Shown here in pieces: positions 56,910-64,000 of a stretch of 64,000 nt of DNA; the first letter of the stretch is position 1; each line of letters begins with the position of its first letter. The position numbers and the translations under genes were made by a program. The notes under the pieces were generated by a model. It was not told the origin of the DNA, did not search any database, and worked only from the letters and a program-made list of their open reading frames with translations. This DNA is from an uncultured cyanobacterium (GTDB taxonomy: Bacteria > Cyanobacteriota > Cyanobacteriia > Pseudanabaenales > Pseudanabaenaceae), in contig OY969811.1 in the NCBI GenBank assembly GCA_963703315.1, positions 2,080,001-2,144,000 on the forward strand, in the 5' to 3' direction.

Positions 56910-57935
56910 CTATAAACTTTTCAAGCGGCTGGTTAATACACGACCTAGATTCTTGTAGTCTTCTAATACACGACCTGCCCCGATAACCACACAGTTAAGT
57001 GGCGCAGGGGCAATATGCGTAACGATTCCTGTTTCATGACTGATGAGGGTATCAATGCCATTGAGCATTGCGCCACCACCAGCTAGCATGATGCCGCGAT
57101 CGATAATATCGGCTGCGAGTTCAGGAGGAGTACGCTCTAGGGTACGTTTTACCGCTTCAATAATTACTGATAGTGGCTCACTCATACTTTCACGAATCTC
57201 TGAAGATTTCACAGTGACTGTACGAGGTAAACCTGACAATAGGTGTAAGCCTCTTACTTCCATCGAAGTTTCTTCTTTGATCGGATAAGCAGATCCAATT
57301 TTGATTTTAATTTCTTCAGAAGTACGTTCCCCGACAACGAGGTTATGCACAGTTTTCATGTACTTCATGATCGCTTCGCTGAGTTCGTCACCTGCAACAC
57401 GCACAGATTCACTCAGGACAATGCCTTGTAAACTCATAACCGCAACTTCGGTAGTACCGCCACCAATATCGATGATCATGTTGCCTGTTGCTTCAGTTAC
57501 AGGTAGCCCTGCGCCGATCGCGGCAGCAATGGGTTCATCGATGGGGTAAACTTCACTAGCTCCAGCACGACGCGCTGCATCCATGACGGCACGCCATTCT
57601 ACACCTGTAACGCCGCTTGGAATACCGATCGCAATTCGTGGATTAAAAACACCTTTTTTGACTTTTTGAATGAAGGAACGGAGCATTAGCTCAGCAGAGT
57701 CAAAGTCAGCAATCACACCATCCTTGAGAGGACGCACAGCAATGATGTCCCCTGGGGTGCGCCCAATCATCTTATTGGCTTCATCTCCAACTGCATAGGC
57801 GGTCTTGTCTCGTTGGTCGATCGCAACCACAGATGGCTCTTGCAAAACGATACCTTCACCAGACACATAAATAAGTGTGTTGGCAGTACCGAGATCAATA
57901 CCGATGTCTTTCGTAAAATGGCGTAAAAAACCCAC
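56910..57935 (-). CDS. mreB: Rod shape-determining protein MreB
   Basis: GIDLGTANT, EPIAAAIGAG, DIGGGTT, AGGGA; GTG start. Confidence 0.97.
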   Translation of the reverse strand: MGFLRHFTKDIGIDLGTANTLIYVSGEGIVLQEPSVVAIDQRDKTAYAVGDEANKMIGRTPGDIIAVRPLKDGVIADFDSAELMLRSFIQKVKKGVFNPRIAIGIPSGVTGVEWRAVMDAARRAGASEVYPIDEPIAAAIGAGLPVTEATGNMIIDIGGGTTEVAVMSLQGIVLSESVRVAGDELSEAIMKYMKTVHNLVVGERTSEEIKIKIGSAYPIKEETSMEVRGLHLLSGLPRTVTVKSSEIRESMSEPLSVIIEAVKRTLERTPPELAADIIDRGIMLAGGGAMLNGIDTLISHETGIVTHIAPAPLNCVVIGAGRVLEDYKNLGRVLTSRLKSL

Positions 57936-58163
57936 AGCAAACTCTTCCAGTGGTCAAACTAGCTATACCGCCTTAACATTTTATTACGATTGTTGTCACT
58001 TAGTCTACCCTTCTTAACTATTCCGAAAGTCTTATGTTTGCAAAAACAACAAGAGATGGGCGGTGCGAAGCGCCGCCCATCTCTTGTCCGCGACATTACG
58101 CGACATTAAAGTTTGCGATATGATTAGTATCATTAAAGACTTGTAACAATTGATAATTATCCA

Positions 58164-58607
58164 ATGAGTGATTGGCTAGAACATACCGTCCAAACTGAAG
58201 TTGCGATTCCTGTCGAATACGCATGGTCGTTGTGGTCAGACTTGCGAGCAATGCCCCGTTGGATGAAGTGGATTGACTCTGTAGTAATTACAGAAGACCC
58301 TGAAATATCAGCTTGGAAGCTTGGCACAAACGGCTTAACTTTTACTTGGAAATCTCGGATTCTTAAGCAAATTCCCAATCAAATTATGCAATGGGAGTCA
58401 ATTGGCGGCTTACCTAATCGGGGAGCCGTGCGCTTTTATGGTCGCCCCAATAATGTAACCATCGTGAAATTAAGTATTGCTTACGTGATGCCTGCGATCG
58501 GGCAGCTTATGGACAATTTGTTTTTAGGAAAACTAGTGGAATCAACTCTACAAGAAGATTTAGAGAGATTTCGCGTTTATGCCCAAGCAGATTTTGCAAA
58601 GGACTAA
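58164..58607 (+). CDS. SRPBCC / polyketide cyclase-like protein
   Basis: WLEHTVQTEV, MPRWMKWI, WESIGGLPNRGAVRF. Confidence 0.88.
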   Translation: MSDWLEHTVQTEVAIPVEYAWSLWSDLRAMPRWMKWIDSVVITEDPEISAWKLGTNGLTFTWKSRILKQIPNQIMQWESIGGLPNRGAVRFYGRPNNVTIVKLSIAYVMPAIGQLMDNLFLGKLVESTLQEDLERFRVYAQADFAKD

Positions 58608-58653
58608 AAATAGAGTCGGCGCAAAGCGCCGACTCTATTTTTAAAGTATCGAT

Positions 58654-59115
58654 TTAAAAGATCGATCGCTGACCTTCAGGACTGACCCCTATAATCGTGA
58701 GTTGGCAGTCTAGCACCGAGAATCCGTACTTATCAGCTACTTTTTTGCTAATCGTGAGAATCTGATCATTTTTGAACTCGATCACACGATTGGTTTTGAC
58801 GCAGACCAAATGGTGGTGATGATGTGGCTTGGGCTGATTGATTTCATAATGTTTATGATCTTCGGTAAGTTCTAGCTCACGCAAAATCCCCATGCGTGCC
58901 ATCATTTTGACAGTACGGTAAATTGTCGAAAGGCTAATATTTTCCCCTTGCTCCTTAAGACGCTCGTATAAATCTTCAGCACTAAGATGCTGACCTTCGG
59001 GCAAGGTTTGAAATGTATTTAAAATTACCTCTCGTTGCGGGGTCATGCGGCAACCCTTAGAGTTGAGTTCAGCCTTGAGTGATTCAGGTGAATAGGTGGT
59101 CTCCGCAGAAGTCAT
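58654..59115 (-). CDS. fur: Ferric uptake regulator family protein
   Basis: RMTPQR, HLSAEDLY, STIYRT, HHHHHLVC; ATG at 59115 (the longer ORF runs into a MITE). Confidence 0.9.
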   Translation of the reverse strand: MTSAETTYSPESLKAELNSKGCRMTPQREVILNTFQTLPEGQHLSAEDLYERLKEQGENISLSTIYRTVKMMARMGILRELELTEDHKHYEINQPKPHHHHHLVCVKTNRVIEFKNDQILTISKKVADKYGFSVLDCQLTIIGVSPEGQRSIF

Positions 59116-59160
59116 GGCATTATCAATAACGCTAGCTTCTTGAGAATAACATAAAAGGCA

Positions 59161-59251
59161 TATAGCATTTTTCAATCTATTGATAGCGGCGCGAAGCGCC
59201 GCTATCAATCTTTTGGGTTTTGATCCTCACTCGGCGATACTTTTGTGCTAT
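59161..59251. mobile_element. Degenerate TATAGC-family MITE between fur and the methyltransferase
   Basis: TATAGC start, ATTGATAGCGGCGC-GAA-GCGCCGCTATCAAT (same stem as ~52062-52092), GCTAT end. Confidence 0.5.
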
Positions 59252-59289
59252 GGTTAGCAACCTGTCTCAATCTAAAAAACTATTAAGCC

Positions 59290-60489
59290 ATGACATCGTT
59301 GCCCCGTGCGATTATTCATCGTAAAAAAGTCGATGCGGTTCAGCGTTTTCATCCTTGGATTTTTTCGGGGGCGATCGCCAAAATTCAAGGTGAAGTCCAT
59401 GATGGCGATCTAGTTGAAGCCTATAGTGAAGATGGCAAGTTTTTAGCGATCGGTCTATGGGGCATGGGCAGTATTGCGATCAAAGTTTTGTCTTTTCAGC
59501 AAGTAGAGACAATTCAACAGTTATTAAGCGATCGCCTCAAGCAAGCTTTTACGCTGAGAAAACAACTGGGGTTAATCGACAATCCAGATACTAATTGCTA
59601 TCGGTTGATTAATTCGGAAGGGGATGGTTTAGCAGGTTTAATCATTGATGTGTATGGTAGTACGGCAGTTTTACAATGCCACTCTTTGGGAACCTATCGC
59701 TATCGTCAGGAAATTGCGGAAATACTTAAAGATATCTATGGCGATCGCCTACAAGCAGTTTATGACAAAAGCTCAGCCACTCTTTCTCGCAAATCACAAA
59801 CCCAGTCTCAGGATGGGCTATTGATCGGTGAAAAATCAAATGATAGTGCCGAAGTTTTAGAATATGGGCATCGCTTTATAGTTGATTGGGAGAGAGGACA
59901 AAAGACAGGCTTTTTCTTAGATCAACGCGAAAATCGGCGCTTGTTTGGCAAGTATGCAACAGGCAAAAAAGTTTTAAATACCTTCTGCTATTCAGGCGGA
60001 TTTTCAGTTTATGCAGTGGCGGCAGGGGCGCAGGAAGTGCATTCAATTGATAGCTCTGTGAAGGCGATGGAATGGACAGATCGCAATATTGCGGCAAATT
60101 TTGATGCTGAGCGGCAGGCGACCCATACTTCCTTTACAGGCGATGTGTTTGATTTTCTGAAGCAATGCGATCGCGACTACGATGCGATCGTGCTTGATCC
60201 ACCTGCGTTTGCCAAGAGTCTATCGGCACGACATTCGGCGATGCAAGCTTATAAGCGCTTGAATTTACAGGCAATGTCTAAGTTAAAAAGCGGTGGTTTA
60301 TTATTTACGTTCTCCTGTTCACAGGTGGTAAATGTAGAGAACTTTACAGGGGCAGTCACCGCAGCAGCGATCGAGTCAGGACGCACCATTCAAGTTTTAC
60401 ATCATCTAACCCATCCACCTGATCATCCTACCAGTATTTTTCATCCTGAAGGTTCATATCTCAAGGGCTTAGTCTTGAGTGTTGTATAG
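59290..60489 (+). CDS. RlmI-like SAM-dependent rRNA methyltransferase
   Basis: PUA HPWIFSG, GQKTGFFLDQRENR, FCYSGGF, LDPPAF, TFSCS. Confidence 0.9.
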   Translation: MTSLPRAIIHRKKVDAVQRFHPWIFSGAIAKIQGEVHDGDLVEAYSEDGKFLAIGLWGMGSIAIKVLSFQQVETIQQLLSDRLKQAFTLRKQLGLIDNPDTNCYRLINSEGDGLAGLIIDVYGSTAVLQCHSLGTYRYRQEIAEILKDIYGDRLQAVYDKSSATLSRKSQTQSQDGLLIGEKSNDSAEVLEYGHRFIVDWERGQKTGFFLDQRENRRLFGKYATGKKVLNTFCYSGGFSVYAVAAGAQEVHSIDSSVKAMEWTDRNIAANFDAERQATHTSFTGDVFDFLKQCDRDYDAIVLDPPAFAKSLSARHSAMQAYKRLNLQAMSKLKSGGLLFTFSCSQVVNVENFTGAVTAAAIESGRTIQVLHHLTHPPDHPTSIFHPEGSYLKGLVLSVV

Positions 60490-60525
60490 CCTAGAGTGGC
60501 GGTGCGAAGCGCCGCCACTCATCTA

Positions 60526-62139
60526 TTAGGATTTTGTACAGCGTACAGTAGATAGAAGTCCATATTCTAAGCCTTCGACAAGGGCTTTGCACGAAGCATC
60601 AATAATATTGTTGGATACACCAGCCGTTGACCAGCGTCTTTTACCATTGCTGAATTCAATCAATACTCTCGTAGTTGCCTGAGTACCTGAGTCGCTATTG
60701 AGAATCCGTACTTTGTAATCAGTGAGATAGAAATTCGCAATTTCAGGATAGAAGTTAATCAAGGCTTTACGAAGGGCAAGATCGAGGGCAGCAACAGGTC
60801 CATTACCTTCGGCGGCAGTGAGATGTTCTTCATCTTTGACGATCACTTTGACAGTGGCTTGAGAATTTACGCCTCCATCAATATGGGTTGCATCAGTGGT
60901 GCAGTACACGTGGAAACTGCTAATCGCAAAAAACTTAGGGCGATCGCCTAGTGCCTCGCGTACTAGCAATTCAAAACTTGCTTCTGCCGACTCAAATTGA
61001 TAACCGAGTTGTTCTAGTTCTTTAGTCTTTTGCAAAATTTGCCGACAAGCGGAATCCTCTTTGCGAAGACAAATACCGAAGGTTTCGACTTTCGAGATCA
61101 CATTGCTGAGTCCTGCTTGCTCAGAGATGACAATGCGGCGGTTATTGCCAATACTTTCAGGAGTAATATGCTCGTAGGTGAGAGGATTGCGCTGCACTGC
61201 ACTGACATGGATACCTCCCTTATGGGCAAAGGCGGAAGCACCGACAAAGGGCGCATGGTCGTCGGGGGCAAGATTAACGATTTCACTAACTTGACGGGAA
61301 ACTTCGGTGAGTTGCGGTAGTTTTTCGGGCGCAATACATTCATAACCCATTTTCAGTTGCAGATTGGGAATCACAGTGCAGAGATTGGCATTTCCACAGC
61401 GTTCACCATAGCCATTAATTGTGCCTTGTACCATCGTTGCGCCATGCTGAACAGAGGCGATCGCATTGGCAACGGCTAAACCTGCATCGTTATGGGTATG
61501 AATGCCAATTTGCGGTAATTCCCCATTGCTCCATTGACTGAGCGAGTGATAGACAACCTTCGTAATCTTGGCAATCTCATCGGGCAATGTACCGCCATTG
61601 GTATCACAAAGGACGAACCATTCGGCTCCTGCATCAAAGGCGGCTTTTAAGGTTTGGAGGGCATAGTCGGGATTGTTTTTATAGCCATCAAACCAATGTT
61701 CAGCATCATAGATGACGCGGCGATCGCAACTTTTGAGATAGGCGATCGTATCACTGATCATCGCCAGATTTTCTTCAAGCGTTGTTCGCAAACCCTCAAT
61801 CACATGAAGATCCCAAGATTTGCCAAAAATGGTAATCCATTTAGTTTCAGCCGCGATTATAGGTACAAGCATTGGATCATCCTGAGCTTTGATCCCTGCG
61901 CGTCTCGTGGAACAAAAAACCACTAGTTCGGCATTACTAAGACGATATTCTTGCATTCGCCGAAAAAATTCGCCATCCTTAGGATTCGCACCTGCCCAGC
62001 CACCTTCGATAAAGGCGACTCCCATGCGATCAAGGCGATCGGCAATTCGCACTTTATCTTCCACTGACAGTGACAAACCTTCGCGCTGTGTACCATCACG
62101 AAGCGTCGTGTCGTAAATCAAGATGTTTTGATTTCCCAT
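60526..62139 (-). CDS. cimA: Citramalate synthase
   Basis: YDTTLRDGTQREG, YDAEHWFDG, HTHND, AHKGGIH, DYKVRIL. Confidence 0.9.
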   Translation of the reverse strand: MGNQNILIYDTTLRDGTQREGLSLSVEDKVRIADRLDRMGVAFIEGGWAGANPKDGEFFRRMQEYRLSNAELVVFCSTRRAGIKAQDDPMLVPIIAAETKWITIFGKSWDLHVIEGLRTTLEENLAMISDTIAYLKSCDRRVIYDAEHWFDGYKNNPDYALQTLKAAFDAGAEWFVLCDTNGGTLPDEIAKITKVVYHSLSQWSNGELPQIGIHTHNDAGLAVANAIASVQHGATMVQGTINGYGERCGNANLCTVIPNLQLKMGYECIAPEKLPQLTEVSRQVSEIVNLAPDDHAPFVGASAFAHKGGIHVSAVQRNPLTYEHITPESIGNNRRIVISEQAGLSNVISKVETFGICLRKEDSACRQILQKTKELEQLGYQFESAEASFELLVREALGDRPKFFAISSFHVYCTTDATHIDGGVNSQATVKVIVKDEEHLTAAEGNGPVAALDLALRKALINFYPEIANFYLTDYKVRILNSDSGTQATTRVLIEFSNGKRRWSTAGVSNNIIDASCKALVEGLEYGLLSTVRCTKS

Positions 62140-62191
62140 CTTTAGTCCTAAAACTTTTATCTAAACCGATTTTCATCGCGCAAATTGTTGC

Positions 62192-63046
62192 TTATTTACC
62201 CATAGCCTTAACTAGGAAAATGCCACCAAAGTACAAAAGCCCCACTGCTCCCGCTAGCAAACTTTGAGTCATGGGATCGGTGGATGGCGTTAGCACTGCG
62301 CCAAGAATCACTGCCCCAAGCACCACATAGCGCCAACCCGCCAGCATTCTCTTAGAGTTGACAATGCCTGTCATTGCCAATAAAGCCTGAATCACAGGAA
62401 TCTGAAAGGCTAACCCTGTACTAAATAGTAGTAATAAAACAAACTCGAAATAGCGATCGATTGACCAAAACTGCTCGACGACATCACCGCCATAGCTAAT
62501 GAAGAAATTGAGGGCGGCGGGGATCAGTAACTCGTAAGCAAATACAATTCCTAAAACAAACAAAATGCTAGAGCCAAACACAATTGGCGCGATCGCTCGT
62601 TTTTCTTTGCGAGTGAGTCCCGGTAAGATAAATCGCACAATTTGATACAAAATCGCAGGGCTAGCAACTAGTAAACCACTGTAACCAGCGACCTTGATCG
62701 ATACAAAAAAGTATTCCCCTGGTGCAAGCTGCAAAAATTTCACTCCTTGAGCAGGAATTTCCAATAACGCCACAATTTTATTAACTACGGCAAAGCAGCC
62801 AATGATGCCAACAAAGATCGCAATTAAGGCGTAGAAAATCCGCGATCGCAGTTCCTCTAAATGGTCAAATAGAGACATCTCCACATCATCAATTGCTTCT
62901 TCAGGCTCGTTGTCAACAACTGGGGGATCAATAGGGCTATCAACCACAGCGATCGCTGCATCATTATTGACTGGATTTACTAGCTCAATAGCTTGCTCAT
63001 CCGAAACATCCTTTGGTTGATCTGCTTCACTTACCGTCTCTAGCAT
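62192..63046 (-). CDS. tatC: Twin-arginine translocase subunit TatC
   Basis: [35 protein letters not shown]. Confidence 0.96.
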   Translation of the reverse strand: MLETVSEADQPKDVSDEQAIELVNPVNNDAAIAVVDSPIDPPVVDNEPEEAIDDVEMSLFDHLEELRSRIFYALIAIFVGIIGCFAVVNKIVALLEIPAQGVKFLQLAPGEYFFVSIKVAGYSGLLVASPAILYQIVRFILPGLTRKEKRAIAPIVFGSSILFVLGIVFAYELLIPAALNFFISYGGDVVEQFWSIDRYFEFVLLLLFSTGLAFQIPVIQALLAMTGIVNSKRMLAGWRYVVLGAVILGAVLTPSTDPMTQSLLAGAVGLLYFGGIFLVKAMGK

Positions 63047-63577
63047 GGTGTCGTTACTTAACCCAATTGTTTAACAAACTATCAAATAATCGAACTATAT
63101 CGCTACTATAGCAACCAAAATCAGCAAAATTCCAAAAGCAGAGATAGAGCTAAGTGCTACTTGCACTTTTTACAGCGCTTTGCGCTCAAACCGAAACAAA
63201 AGAATTTTCATGAAAATTCTTTTGTTTCGGTTGATTTGCAAGTGATTTATATAGCTGTAGCCTATCATGTCAAAACCCAAAAGAGAGTGGCGGCGCAAAG
63301 CACCACCACTCTCTTTTAGTGATGTGCGACGAATCCTCTTACTAGTAAAAGATTAGGGGGGCGGCGCGAAGCGCCGCCCCCCTAATTCTTGGTTTTTAAT
63401 GTCTATTTTGATAGTGGGAAGGGGGTATCACTAATGATTTGGGAAAGAATATGTAAACTTTCTGACATTTAACCGCAAGGCTTAGATAGTAATGTTAGTC
63501 TGAGTATAACTTTGGGTAGATACATCATGTTGCCGTTCATCATGTAAAAACTATATAAAATTTCAGGAAAACTCAAA

Positions 63578-63973
63578 ATGGCTTCATCCAAAATCTGGGG
63601 TTTATTAGCAATTTCAGGTAGTGTATTCGCTTCAAATATTGATTATCTCAATGCCCAAATCCAAATGGGGGGCGGTCAATCCAATGCATTATCACCTGCT
63701 CAGCAAATTTTAGTAGATATGCAACAAAGTAATGCACCTGCTGTGGGTGGGGGAAGTATGCATTTACTGCGCTTCACAGGTAATAATGTTTCGTTTGCTC
63801 CCTTAGAAGGTTTAGACCGATTGTTCAATTGGCAACCTTCTGAAGATACAGGCATGACGGCTGAAAAAACTATGGGCGATCGCGTTGAGAAGTTTAAACG
63901 CAATCAGCGTCAGCAGATAGTTTCTGATAGCCAAATGTTTGAAGCGATCAATCGCATTAATAGCAACAACTAA
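63578..63973 (+). CDS. Hypothetical exported protein
   Basis: 131-aa ORF with signal-like N-terminus, AGGA upstream. Confidence 0.6.
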   Translation: MASSKIWGLLAISGSVFASNIDYLNAQIQMGGGQSNALSPAQQILVDMQQSNAPAVGGGSMHLLRFTGNNVSFAPLEGLDRLFNWQPSEDTGMTAEKTMGDRVEKFKRNQRQQIVSDSQMFEAINRINSNN

Positions 63974-64000
63974 CAGCAGTTTTCTGATAAATAAAAAAGG

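Noticed and set aside
58149..58164. Fur-box-like TTGATAATTATCCAA
   Set aside because: Does not fit the 7-1-7 spacing; AT-rich chance match is likely.

Overview
Chromosomal segment of a cyanobacterium (dense HIP1 octamers GCGATCGC; gene set and protein style suggest Pseudanabaena, by inference). It is mostly housekeeping: ispF, purC, omp85-lpxC-fabZ-lpxA, eno, rpsB, anmK, gnd, deoC, aroC, clpB, pgm, ftsH, rpe, mreBCD, fur, cimA, tatC, two tRNAs and several signalling proteins. The intergenic DNA is filled with palindromic MITE/REP-like elements. Main observations: (1) katG lies between two inverted ~147-bp MITEs, and a 7-bp direct repeat (TAATATA) flanks the whole unit, as expected for a transposase-less composite transposon; (2) the 3' ends of gnd (107 bp) and mreD (39 bp) are each duplicated downstream of new DNA, and the copies differ only synonymously, suggesting gene-tail-replacement integration; (3) tRNA-Arg(UCU) has the elbow pair G19-C56 replaced by U19-A56; (4) an accessory run at 22.5-29 kb contains an XRE-GNAT-acidic protein triad, an IS630-interrupted nuclease, a RelE/YafQ toxin-antitoxin pair and a secreted putative Cys-His-Asp enzyme. 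All calls were made by eye; no searches were run.
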